Source of the DNA: an uncultured virus (IMG/VR IMGVR_UViG_2579779031_000002)
Lineage: Duplodnaviria; Heunggongvirae; Uroviricota; Caudoviricetes
DNA: 20,000 bases
Direction: 5' to 3' (one strand)
Virus record (IMG/VR): IMGVR_UViG_2579779031_000002
Coordinates: 54,684 to 74,683 of that record
In this document: positions 7,514-15,321 of the stretch, in pieces
Layout: every line of letters starts with the position of its first letter
How positions within the stretch are numbered: the stretch's first letter is position 1
Translations under genes and position numbers: made by a program
The notes under the pieces: model-generated
Database searches by the model: none
The model's input: only the letters and a program-made list of their open reading frames with translations
What the model was told of the DNA's origin: nothing

Positions 7514-8040
7514 ACTCCCCCATTAGCTTTTAATTTTTCAGCAACTAACTGGTCTGCAATCTTTTTCACGTATTTCCATGTAAAAAACTGATCGATTTCT
7601 GACTTCCCTTGATATACCCGCTCAAGTTGATAAGCCGTAACTGCATAACCAATCTCAAATGCCAATAATTGCCAATTTTCTTTAAATACCTTAGCGAACC
7701 TATCTAAACCTTGTTTTTGTGCCTGTATACGCTTTTGGCGTTCATCCGGACCACGTTTGACATCTAATTTAGGCTTAGTTTTTACAAAACCAGTTGAAAT
7801 GGCCCAAGTAACACAAATTTCACAACGGCAACCCATTCGTTTATACGTTGATGCTGTACCATGAGTAACTGCAATAATTTCAACTTCATCAGAGGTAATT
7901 TTTTTAATTTTATTACCTGGTTTTTTTAACCATTTTTTAACTGCTTTTTCTAAAGCTTTACGCTCTTTTGATTTAGCTGCAACGTTTGAGTAAGCAACTA
8001 ATGCGTATTCCGATTTTTTCATATCAACAAATGCGTTCAC
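7510..8040 (-). CDS. Hypothetical phage protein with HGT..Y..GCRC..C metal-binding motif
   Basis: HGTASTYKRMGCRCEIC; coupled to the DnaC-like gene. Confidence 0.75.
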   Translation of the reverse strand: MNAFVDMKKSEYALVAYSNVAAKSKERKALEKAVKKWLKKPGNKIKKITSDEVEIIAVTHGTASTYKRMGCRCEICVTWAISTGFVKTKPKLDVKRGPDERQKRIQAQKQGLDRFAKVFKENWQLLAFEIGYAVTAYQLERVYQGKSEIDQFFTWKYVKKIADQLVAEKLKANGGV

Positions 8041-8801
8041 TGTGCTTTACCTCCACCTATACGAGCATCATCCCAATCACATTCCACAATATCTAAGCCA
8101 TCATGCTGAAATCTTGACCATAGTCGATCCCCAAGATCTTCGCGGACCTCAGAAAGACTTAGGTTTGAAATCACTACTGTTGGCTTCAACTCGTCATAAC
8201 GAGTGAGTAGAACCTTATGAACACTCTCAAGCAGTTGAGGACGTTTTTCAGCACGGTCATGTAAACCGTATTCGTCAATAATTAATAAATCTTTTTTCAC
8301 ATAGCGTTTTAGCGCTTCATCTTCACTATCACCGCTACGGCGATAAGCACCAGCGATATCTTCAGCTAGGTCTGCAGACGTGATGTAAATAGCTTCCCAG
8401 TTTTTAATGATGATATTTTTCAGAATTGATGAACCAAGATGGGTTTTACCCGTACCAGTGCGACCAACAAGAAGTAAATTTCTAAAAACTCGTGCATTGA
8501 AATCCATAGTGAATTTTTCACAAGTTTTACGAGCTTTGTCTTGTCCTTTGTGACTGACCGCATAGTTACTAAAGCCGCTATTTACATGTCTTTTAGGAAT
8601 ACCAGCTCGAGCCATTTTTAAAGTCAAAATACGTTTGTTCTTCTCACTTTCATATTTTTCATTTGACTGCTGCATGGTTTCCTCAACACATGACTGGCAA
8701 ACGATTCGACCGTGAACATTGATCATGTGTTGATTGTGTATCGTACAAATCTGATTTGTTTGAGTAATTTTATAATCCAATTTCTGAGGCATTGCGTTCA
8801 T
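8037..8801 (-). CDS. DnaC/IstB-like AAA+ helicase loader
   Basis: Walker A GRTGTGKT, Walker B LLIIDE, PTVVISN, LGDRLWSR; directly follows the initiator. Confidence 0.93.
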   Translation of the reverse strand: MNAMPQKLDYKITQTNQICTIHNQHMINVHGRIVCQSCVEETMQQSNEKYESEKNKRILTLKMARAGIPKRHVNSGFSNYAVSHKGQDKARKTCEKFTMDFNARVFRNLLLVGRTGTGKTHLGSSILKNIIIKNWEAIYITSADLAEDIAGAYRRSGDSEDEALKRYVKKDLLIIDEYGLHDRAEKRPQLLESVHKVLLTRYDELKPTVVISNLSLSEVREDLGDRLWSRFQHDGLDIVECDWDDARIGGGKAQ

Positions 8802-9841
8802 ATCAATCCACCCTTCACTTCTGTGTGAGTTACTGGTTCATATTGTTTTGGTGCTCCCCATTGTTCATTTACGTTGCGTGGTAATGATTGATGGTTTTGC
8901 TCATGACCAGTAGTCATTTCGGGATTTTCGTTTTGGTACCAAGAAGCTTTGAATGCTCCCCATGGATTTTGTCTTTTCAAACAATATTCAACCGCTTCCT
9001 GAAGGGTGATTCCTGCTTTTAGGGCTTCATTCAAAAGTGCGTCAAAAGCGTTTTCGGTATTCTGAGCTTTCTTCGCTTTACGAACTTGCAAGAACTCAGC
9101 AGCGTCTTTCTCAGGTACACCATTTTTTTTCAAAGCACTCTTGAAACTAAATTTTGCTTGAGTCGATGAATCAACTACGCAAACGGCGGAGTTGTTATTA
9201 CCTTCTGGATTCTGATTAAAGGATTCAGGATTCAGTGAATCAGGATTCTGATTAAAGGATTCAGGATTCAGGGCGTTTTGGTCTGAGATAGAAACAGTGT
9301 TAGAACCGTTATCTAACTGTTCTTGTGCGTTCCCATTAGTGTTTGATTGATTCGATTCGTTATCTTGATAACTGTTTTCAACAGCAGAACCAGTATTTTG
9401 AGGGGCAAATGGACCTGTTTTATCGTAAAAATGCTTCAAATCATTCTTATTTAACTGAATTGGCTTTCCTACAATCGTTTTGTTTTTGGGATTACGATAG
9501 TACACAGTATAGATACCATTACGGTTTGGTAGTTCACTATCTTTCTCTAGGCCGTGTGGGTTTTGATGCTTAACAAAGTTAACGATTTGGATAACATCAA
9601 TACCATCCGCGTTGTATAACTCGATAAAACCGAACTTCGAAATGTTCTCTAACTGTTCTGCAACGTTTATATCGTCTGCAGGAAATAAAGACATTTTGAT
9701 TTTCTTAGGTCGATTTTCTAAACGACCTTCACGGTCTGCTAGTATCCATAGCCCGATAAATAACAAACGAGCTTCAAAAGGTAATTCAATAATGTCTTCA
9801 TTCATAAAGAATGAGGGCTTAATATTTCTAGATCTTGCCAT
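8798..9841 (-). CDS. Phage replication initiation protein (lambda O analogue)
   Basis: MARSRNIKPSFF...ARLLFIGLW..ADREGRL N-terminus typical of phage initiators; repeat-containing linker; upstream of the loader. Confidence 0.88.
   Translation of the reverse strand: MARSRNIKPSFFMNEDIIELPFEARLLFIGLWILADREGRLENRPKKIKMSLFPADDINVAEQLENISKFGFIELYNADGIDVIQIVNFVKHQNPHGLEKDSELPNRNGIYTVYYRNPKNKTIVGKPIQLNKNDLKHFYDKTGPFAPQNTGSAVENSYQDNESNQSNTNGNAQEQLDNGSNTVSISDQNALNPESFNQNPDSLNPESFNQNPEGNNNSAVCVVDSSTQAKFSFKSALKKNGVPEKDAAEFLQVRKAKKAQNTENAFDALLNEALKAGITLQEAVEYCLKRQNPWGAFKASWYQNENPEMTTGHEQNHQSLPRNVNEQWGAPKQYEPVTHTEVKGGLI
9207..9271. repeat. Two identical 29-bp direct repeats (period 36), likely origin iterons
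   Basis: GGATTCTGATTAAAGGATTCAGGATTCAG at 9207-9235 and 9243-9271, each with three GGATTC cores, inside the initiator gene. Confidence 0.8.
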
Positions 9842-9844
9842 TTC

Positions 9845-11404
9845 TTAAGCTGCCTCATTTTTGTTTGTATTTGAAAAGGGGTTATTCGCTCGAGCAATTG
9901 CAGCCATAGGCAAAGGTGAAACGCTATTGCCACACATATGTACTTGGTCTTTTTTTGACAACGGTTTGCCGCAATAAATCGGATCGATGATGTAAGAATC
10001 TGGAAAACCTTGCGCTTTATAAAGCTCTCTTGGCTTAAGCATTCGCAAACGTATATCAACAATTACCCAAGGCTCTCCTTTGATCCATACAGTGACTAAT
10101 GCAAGTCGATCTTTGGTCGTTAAGGTATCCATAGGTGCAGTGATGTCTCTTGCATCACCATTGCCGTAATAATTAATCAAGAAGGCCGCCACTCGTAAAG
10201 CACCCTCGAAATCGTCTTTGCTTAGTTTTGCAGTTACTAAACCATGATGGCCGCCTTTAACTTGTGCACAAATCGTTGATAGTGGTTGATCTATAGACCA
10301 ATTACGCTGTTGAGATGAATTGGCAAATTCAGTTAGAAACGGGGCTAAAATTGGACACACAAGTTGACTATGCCCACCATAGCTTGCAGTTGTGGTTGCA
10401 AGAGGCTCAGTAATGTTATGACCTATGCTTGTATTAAAATCACGGCAAATAAATGGAGTTGAAGAATTGACGAAATATGGATTTTCAGCATCAATCACAA
10501 ATCGCTTCAAACCTTTCGCTAAACGTTTAAGTGTAGCTGGAACAAGTGGTCCTTTCGGACGATTAAAAATGGAATTACCTAAATCAGACCAATCAATAGA
10601 ATATGCCGTAGGAATCCACTTACTCTGTTTAGCCTTAGGTTGTTTTGCAAAATACTGTTCAGGCCAAACAATTGGATTGCCATCACAACGGGCGATTAAA
10701 AATAATCGTGAACGAATTGTTCCCGCTCCAAAATCAGCAGCAACAATATTTGCACGCCATTCAACAATGTACCCAAGACCCTTTAATGTCTTAATAAATC
10801 GTTTCCAAGTTTGACCAATACGTTTTGGATCTGGGATCAAGAACTGTAAATTTCTTGGTACAACTTCACCAGGCTCTGCAATACGATTTACCAGCTTTCC
10901 ATTTACTTCAATTTTTTCAAGGGTTACAACACGGCCTGTTGCTTTGTCACGTTTTGCAATTAATGGTCCCCAATTAAGCATCTGGCGAACATTTTCCATG
11001 CTAATAACATCCGGTTTTACTTTCCCTGCAAATCTTGGGATAACCCATGCAAGATCTCTAATTTCTTTTTTCCGCGGTTGACCACCAGCTGCTTGTGAAT
11101 GGTGGGTACAATCCGGGCTCGCGTGAAACCAACCAACTTGATAACCGTCACAAATCTCAACGGGGTCAACTGCGAAAACATCCTGAACATAGTGGATCGT
11201 ATGAGGATGATTTACTTCATGCATTGCAACAGCTTTAGGATTATGGTTTACAGCTACATAGACCGGACGGTTAAGCCCCATTTCTAGACCTGTACTGGCT
11301 CCGCCTCCACCAGCAAAAAAATCAACAATAATTTTCTCGGAAAAATTCAAACCATATTGGGTTTTAAATAACCGTGAAGTTTCAAAAAATACCTTATTGT
11401 TCAT
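9845..11404 (-). CDS. DNA (cytosine-5)-methyltransferase, orphan
   Basis: Motif I DFFAGGGG, IV SPDC, VI ENV, VIII RSRLF, X GNSV. Confidence 0.95.
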   Translation of the reverse strand: MNNKVFFETSRLFKTQYGLNFSEKIIVDFFAGGGGASTGLEMGLNRPVYVAVNHNPKAVAMHEVNHPHTIHYVQDVFAVDPVEICDGYQVGWFHASPDCTHHSQAAGGQPRKKEIRDLAWVIPRFAGKVKPDVISMENVRQMLNWGPLIAKRDKATGRVVTLEKIEVNGKLVNRIAEPGEVVPRNLQFLIPDPKRIGQTWKRFIKTLKGLGYIVEWRANIVAADFGAGTIRSRLFLIARCDGNPIVWPEQYFAKQPKAKQSKWIPTAYSIDWSDLGNSIFNRPKGPLVPATLKRLAKGLKRFVIDAENPYFVNSSTPFICRDFNTSIGHNITEPLATTTASYGGHSQLVCPILAPFLTEFANSSQQRNWSIDQPLSTICAQVKGGHHGLVTAKLSKDDFEGALRVAAFLINYYGNGDARDITAPMDTLTTKDRLALVTVWIKGEPWVIVDIRLRMLKPRELYKAQGFPDSYIIDPIYCGKPLSKKDQVHMCGNSVSPLPMAAIARANNPFSNTNKNEAA

Positions 11405-11407
11405 GCA

Positions 11408-12049
11408 TTAGTCCCCCACTTGCCCACAATGATCACAGTGATCAAAGTCATAGGGGTTGTATTGCCAAACGATTTTTCCACAACTTGGACAGTTAAATCG
11501 TGTTTGAGGATTTTTGACTTTTCTCTTGGCTCTTTTAAGGTGCTCAGGCATTTTTAAGCCCGCGCCCTGAGTCATGATTCGTGGGTTATATTGCTCAAAA
11601 TCAAAAGTTCTACGTTTTGCTTTCTCAGCTAAAGAAAAAGGAATAGCAACATACTTTCCACCTAGTTGATTTACTTCGTCTTTGGAAAAATAAGATGCTT
11701 TTTCAAAATCAGTAGCTATGTCATAAGTACCTTTATTTAACCAATAGACATCATTTCCCGAATATTTTCCTTGAACGAAAACAGCATAACCAAAAACACC
11801 ATCAATAATTTGAGTGCTATTAGGCAAAGTTTGATGATCAACTTTCCATACAGCTAATGCATCAACATGATCAGCAGAAATAGGACGTTCGAACTCTCTG
11901 GCTTGATTGAAATGACGTTGTGCTTCGTCAAATGTACAAACATATGCTTGATCAATATCAGTGTGATAGCCTGCAAATTGATGACGATGAAAACTTACAT
12001 TAGGACCGACATTATCCCTAAAGCATGCGATGTAAAAACGATCTCTCAT
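11408..12049 (-). CDS. Hypothetical phage protein with C-terminal zinc ribbon
   Basis: CPSC...CDHC at the C-terminus; ATGA coupling. Confidence 0.8.
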   Translation of the reverse strand: MRDRFYIACFRDNVGPNVSFHRHQFAGYHTDIDQAYVCTFDEAQRHFNQAREFERPISADHVDALAVWKVDHQTLPNSTQIIDGVFGYAVFVQGKYSGNDVYWLNKGTYDIATDFEKASYFSKDEVNQLGGKYVAIPFSLAEKAKRRTFDFEQYNPRIMTQGAGLKMPEHLKRAKRKVKNPQTRFNCPSCGKIVWQYNPYDFDHCDHCGQVGD

Positions 12050-12501
12050 GCTTCACCTTCCTGAGCTGGCTTATACAAGCTCATCTGTTCAGCATAATTC
12101 CAAGCACGTTCACAGATGTTGTTAAAAGATGAGCGGCGTTCATCTAACCATTGTCTACGCCATTTGTTTTGTTCAGCTGGATGTTTAATTAAGTTATAAG
12201 CTTTGAAAAAAGCTGTCCGGTCAATGTATGAACCTAATAAAACGCTATTAAAGCTATCCACTAAATCTTGTTTTTCTGCATCTCGAACTTGGATAAGTGT
12301 TTCTTCAAAATTTGTTCCAAATTTAGAGACAAACCACTCTTCATGTCCTCCGAAAAGAAAGAACGGAACATCTAAATCATGCTGTATTCCCTTCGCTGAA
12401 TATTGTCCATTTCCAAGTACACACGTAACTATCGCAGCAATTTTTAAATTTGTTGCTTCAAATGTACATTTATCACTAAGGTTTATTAATTCAAAAATCA
12501 C
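12046..12501 (-). CDS. Hypothetical phage protein
   Basis: 151-aa ORF with GTGA/ATGA overlaps. Confidence 0.75.
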   Translation of the reverse strand: MIFELINLSDKCTFEATNLKIAAIVTCVLGNGQYSAKGIQHDLDVPFFLFGGHEEWFVSKFGTNFEETLIQVRDAEKQDLVDSFNSVLLGSYIDRTAFFKAYNLIKHPAEQNKWRRQWLDERRSSFNNICERAWNYAEQMSLYKPAQEGEA

Positions 12502-12680
12502 TGATCTGTACCCACTTCAAAACGAGAATTTAAGAAAGCTTTATTCACCAGCCCCACGTAACGTGACCAGCCAAAGTTTTCTTGCCAAAACCACCAATTG
12601 TTCTGATCGTCCCGTTTCCACGGTGTACCTTCAGAATCTGTATGGTTAGTTCCTGACGGCCAAACCTTTTTAGATGTCAT
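12498..12680 (-). CDS. Small Trp-rich hypothetical protein
   Basis: 60 aa, GGGAG RBS, ATGA overlap; WPSGTNH...WWFWQ. Confidence 0.7.
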   Translation of the reverse strand: MTSKKVWPSGTNHTDSEGTPWKRDDQNNWWFWQENFGWSRYVGLVNKAFLNSRFEVGTDQ

Positions 12681-12853
12681 GAAATCTCCCTTTGTGCTGA
12701 TAAAGCACGATTGAGAAATTTGTCTTCATCGGTTTGAAGTTCTGCGATTTGATGCGGGGCATCTTGTTTGATTAAACAAGTCGAGCACTGTTCTTCATTA
12801 AAATCAGTGCATTTGCCTGAGCAAGGATGATTTGCTAAATTACTCACGTTCAT
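12677..12853 (-). CDS. Small Cys-rich hypothetical protein (~56-58 aa)
   Basis: Likely start ATG 12853 or GTG 12847 after GGAAG; CSGKC...CSTC. Confidence 0.65.
   Translation of the reverse strand: MNVSNLANHPCSGKCTDFNEEQCSTCLIKQDAPHQIAELQTDEDKFLNRALSAQREIS
12813..12841 (+). promoter_or_regulatory. Antisense sigma70 promoter TTGCCT-N17-TAAATT with extended -10 TGn
   Basis: -35 at 12813-12818, TG at 12833-12834, -10 at 12836-12841. Confidence 0.6.
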
Positions 12854-12913
12854 TTCTTCCAAGGTTTTGAACTGCCATGACCATTTCCTGTTGGCGCAGG
12901 AAATGGTTTTTTT
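12848..12913 (+). ncRNA. Putative OOP-like antisense RNA (~65 nt)
   Basis: Lies between the antisense promoter and a plus-strand terminator at the 3' end of the cII-position gene. Confidence 0.55.
12880..12913 (+). terminator. Rho-independent terminator antisense to the early operon
   Basis: ACCATTTCCTG-TTGGCG-CAGGAAATGGT perfect 11-bp stem; T-run only on the plus strand. Confidence 0.85.
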
Positions 12914-13286
12914 ATTTCCAGCTAAGAAGATCCAGCTGGACTGATTTGTCACATGCATTTGAATGCCGTGATTTTTCGGCCCGTAAAGGCACTAATTCAA
13001 AGGTATCTTCGGTATACCCGGTTTGTTTTGACCCAATAAAAACATTTCTGAGAAACTCGAATTCAGTTTCTGCTTCTGAGATTTTTCTTGTGCAAATGTT
13101 TTTAATTACGTCTAGAGAGCTTTTATTAGCCATCTCACTTTCTACTTCAGAAATCTTCTTCTTACACATAGAGCGGATGAGATTAGATATGGAGTTCTTG
13201 CCTTCAAGTTTGGCGATCCATTCCATCTTTGCTTTTTCTTCTAAAGATAATTTTGCTGAAGCATTTGCTAAAAGTTTTTCAGCCAT
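12912..13286 (-). CDS. CII-position regulator, ribbon-helix-helix-like
   Basis: Directly after cro with GAGG RBS; ASAKLSLEEKAKMEWIAKLEGKNSISNLIR fits an RHH pattern; function inferred from synteny. Confidence 0.6.
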   Translation of the reverse strand: MAEKLLANASAKLSLEEKAKMEWIAKLEGKNSISNLIRSMCKKKISEVESEMANKSSLDVIKNICTRKISEAETEFEFLRNVFIGSKQTGYTEDTFELVPLRAEKSRHSNACDKSVQLDLLSWK

Positions 13287-13321
13287 ACATACCTCATTAC
13301 ATAGATATAGAGAGAAAACCT

Positions 13322-13525
13322 TTAAGAAGTTTTGGATTGGACATTTTTCTTTTCACGATTTACGAAAGCATCTAATGCCACACCTTTTTCATATCCAATA
13401 TTTTTTTGGGTGTTATTTAAAATCCGAGAAACTGAACTTTGTTCAATCCCGGTTTCCTCACTTACTTGTTGTTGGGTAAACCCACGAGTACTTGTTAAAA
13501 AAAGAATTTTTTCTTTAAGTGTCAT
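13322..13525 (-). CDS. cro: Cro-like HTH repressor
   Basis: 67 aa, GFTQQQVSEETGIEQSSVSRIL HTH, divergent from cI. Confidence 0.88.
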   Translation of the reverse strand: MTLKEKILFLTSTRGFTQQQVSEETGIEQSSVSRILNNTQKNIGYEKGVALDAFVNREKKNVQSKTS

Positions 13526-13550
13526 AATTAGCTCTTACGTCTAGACCGAT

Positions 13551-13634
13551 TTATGCAAATTATTATGCATATTTGCATTATCGTCAATGCATAAGTGAGT
13601 TATTTTACCCAAATTATGCGTTTGCGCATAAAAT
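13551..13634. promoter_or_regulatory. OR-like operator region with divergent promoters
   Basis: Operators TTATGCA-TATT-TGCATTA (13563-13580) and TTATGCG-TTTG-CGCATAA (13614-13631), half sites at 13551-13557 and 13588-13594; minus-strand TTGACG-N17-AATAAT (13587-13559); plus-strand -10 TAAAAT at 13629-13634. Confidence 0.8.
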
Positions 13635-13652
13635 GGATTCGCGGAATTACTG

Positions 13653-14426
13653 GTGAAATCTATGAATTACCTGAAATCGAATCTTGAATACTTGCTTAAT
13701 AAACATGAAACAAATCCAAATGATCTTGAGCAAAAGAATCCAGAGATTAAGCAATCGACTGTTTTCCGCATTTTGAACGGAATTACTAAAGATCCTAGAC
13801 GCTCTACATTAGAACCTATTGCTAAATGGGCAGGCGTTACTGTTAATGAATTATTTGATAAAGACTTATCTTTATTAGAAAGAAATCAAAATCAACATAA
13901 TCCAGGTCCTGATAACAATAAAATTTACGATACCGAAATTCATTTATATGAAGAAGGTGACCCCATCCCTGATGGTTATGTAGCTATTGATTTCTATAGT
14001 GAAATTAAAGTTAGTGCCGGAGGTGGATACTTGAATATAGAGCAGCAAAGCCCACATAAATTCTTATTTCCCGTAAATGAAATTAGAAGATATGACGTGA
14101 AACCAGATTGTGCAAAAGTCATCGTTGTTGATGGTGAAAGCATGGTGCCAGACCTTTATCCAGGACAACGAATATCTATTGATACTTCAGCAAAAAGAAT
14201 TTTTGATGGTGAAATTTATGCCTTTTTAAGAGGCGATGAATTAAAAATCAAGATGTTATTTGAATGGAATGAACAAGGTAGAGGTGGCTTTAAAGCTGTA
14301 TCTCGTAATACAGATAAAGTTAAATATCCTGATGAATATTACTCACCAACTCGTATTGAAGCTGAAAATGTACAAATCATTGGTCAATACTGGTGGAAAT
14401 CAGAAGGTCGTAAGGTGAGACGATAA
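13653..14426 (+). CDS. cI: CI-like repressor (HTH plus S24 autopeptidase)
   Basis: HTH QSTVFRILNG; VSAGGG Ala-Gly cleavage site; GESM catalytic Ser; IKML catalytic Lys. Confidence 0.95.
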   Translation: MKSMNYLKSNLEYLLNKHETNPNDLEQKNPEIKQSTVFRILNGITKDPRRSTLEPIAKWAGVTVNELFDKDLSLLERNQNQHNPGPDNNKIYDTEIHLYEEGDPIPDGYVAIDFYSEIKVSAGGGYLNIEQQSPHKFLFPVNEIRRYDVKPDCAKVIVVDGESMVPDLYPGQRISIDTSAKRIFDGEIYAFLRGDELKIKMLFEWNEQGRGGFKAVSRNTDKVKYPDEYYSPTRIEAENVQIIGQYWWKSEGRKVRR

Positions 14427-14429
14427 GTT

Positions 14430-14714
14430 ATGAAGAATAATGAACAGAACACCGCTGATTTGATTGGTAGACAAGCATTACTCACAACATTTGTTGAAGA
14501 GGTTGTAAGGTCATCACCAGACATAGCTGCAACGATTCTAATGAAGATAAAAGAACTCTCTAATGAGCATCATCCTCTTGTAACTCAAGCATTTACAATG
14601 GATCATTTTGAAAACCATGATATGGCGGGTAACGTCATTAAGAATGCCTTACACGGTTTTGACATGGAATTAGCAAAAATGCTTAAGCTTACAGTTGAAA
14701 ATTTAAAGATTTAG
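14430..14714 (+). CDS. Hypothetical protein co-transcribed with cI
   Basis: Starts 3 nt after the cI stop and precedes the terminator at 14772. Confidence 0.75.
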   Translation: MKNNEQNTADLIGRQALLTTFVEEVVRSSPDIAATILMKIKELSNEHHPLVTQAFTMDHFENHDMAGNVIKNALHGFDMELAKMLKLTVENLKI

Positions 14715-14771
14715 TCTATTAATTTAGTAAATTAACTTTTTAAATTAATACTCTAGCTTTCATTTTAATTT

Positions 14772-14794
14772 ACCGCTCTTGTAGCGGTTTTTTT
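14772..14794 (+). terminator. Terminator of the cI operon
   Basis: ACCGCT-CTTGT-AGCGGT followed by TTTTTT. Confidence 0.8.
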
Positions 14795-14820
14795 ATGCCT
14801 ATTGATAAACACTCAAAAAA

Positions 14821-14874
14821 TAATGCACATTTGCATAATGCAGTATTGCATTAAGTTATGCACTTATGCATAAT
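14821..14874 (+). promoter_or_regulatory. OL-like triple operator overlapping a PL-like promoter
   Basis: TAATGCA-CATT-TGCATAA (14821-14838), TAATGCA-GTAT-TGCATTA (14836-14853), TTATGCA-CTTA-TGCATAA (14856-14873); TTGCAT-N17-CATAAT (14846-14874). Confidence 0.85.
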
Positions 14875-14908
14875 AATTTCACCAACACATCTAACGGTGA
14901 ATAAATAG

Positions 14909-15241
14909 ATGATTAATTTACGCCCTACAGATTGCGAAGAATTCATTAATGACATAGACGGCGGAGAATTTGCTGAACAACTAAGTCGTGCAGTCAGTAA
15001 AGTTGCTACTGCTGCAATGGAAACTCAAAAAGCAGGCGTAATTACAATTCAACTTAAGTTCACTAAAGGTGCTGGTCACAACAACATAACCGTTGAACAT
15101 AAATTAGTTTCGAATGCCCCACTTCCTAAAGGCAAATGTGTGGAAGAGCATAGAGATAAAACGCCCATGTATCTAAATACGGGCGGAGATGTATCGCTAT
15201 TTGCTAAACATACTGAGCAGCTTTTTGAAGTAAATGCTTAG
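14909..15241 (+). CDS. YfdP-like prophage protein
   Basis: TD..EFI.DIDGG.F...LS.A...VA......K.G.I.I.L...TPMY...GG pattern recognised from memory as similar to prophage YfdP-type proteins. Confidence 0.55.
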   Translation: MINLRPTDCEEFINDIDGGEFAEQLSRAVSKVATAAMETQKAGVITIQLKFTKGAGHNNITVEHKLVSNAPLPKGKCVEEHRDKTPMYLNTGGDVSLFAKHTEQLFEVNA

Positions 15242-15246
15242 AAATG

Positions 15247-15287
15247 AAAAAAGCCCAGAAAACTTTGGACGGCTATCGGGGCTTTTT
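15247..15287. terminator. Hairpin flanked by A- and T-runs (possibly bidirectional terminator)
   Basis: AAAAAAGCCC-AGAAAACTTTGGACGGCTATCG-GGGCTTTTT. Confidence 0.65.
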
Positions 15288-15312
15288 CCTACCAATACTG
15301 TGCGTATTAAGG
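15247..15312 (-). ncRNA. Putative antisense small RNA (~65 nt) in the PL operon
   Basis: Minus-strand promoter TTGACT(15348-15343)-N18-CATAAT(15324-15319) firing into the hairpin and U-run ending at 15247. Confidence 0.5.
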
Positions 15313-15321
15313 CGAATTATT

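Noticed and set aside
8037..8801. IS21 IstB transposition helper
   Set aside because: No IstA transposase or terminal inverted repeats; it is coupled to a phage initiator, so a DnaC-like loader
9207..9271. Direct repeats as a CRISPR mini-array
   Set aside because: Only two copies with a 7-bp gap, in frame inside the initiator gene, and no cas genes; better explained as iterons
6374..10062. Same-strand alternative-frame ORFs 6374..6574 and 9802..10062
   Set aside because: Fully overlap coupled genes with better support
4866..11404. Methyltransferase plus HNH-like gene as a restriction-modification pair
   Set aside because: About 4 kb apart, separated by core replication genes, and different in composition; no evidence of linkage
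12854..12958. Long N-terminus of ORF 12677..12958
   Set aside because: Overlaps the upstream gene and the hairpin; the RBS supports a start at 12853 or 12847
2650..13544. Plus-strand ORFs in the track (2650, 3094, 4050, 6598, 6925, 9343, 9612, 10425, 11099, 11867, 12203, 12877, 13332)
   Set aside because: Antisense shadows of well-supported minus-strand genes, with no recognisable motifs
15244..15321. Long N-terminus of ORF 15244..15651
   Set aside because: Runs through the terminator-like hairpin; the ATG at 15322 has an RBS. A longer coupled form cannot be fully excluded.
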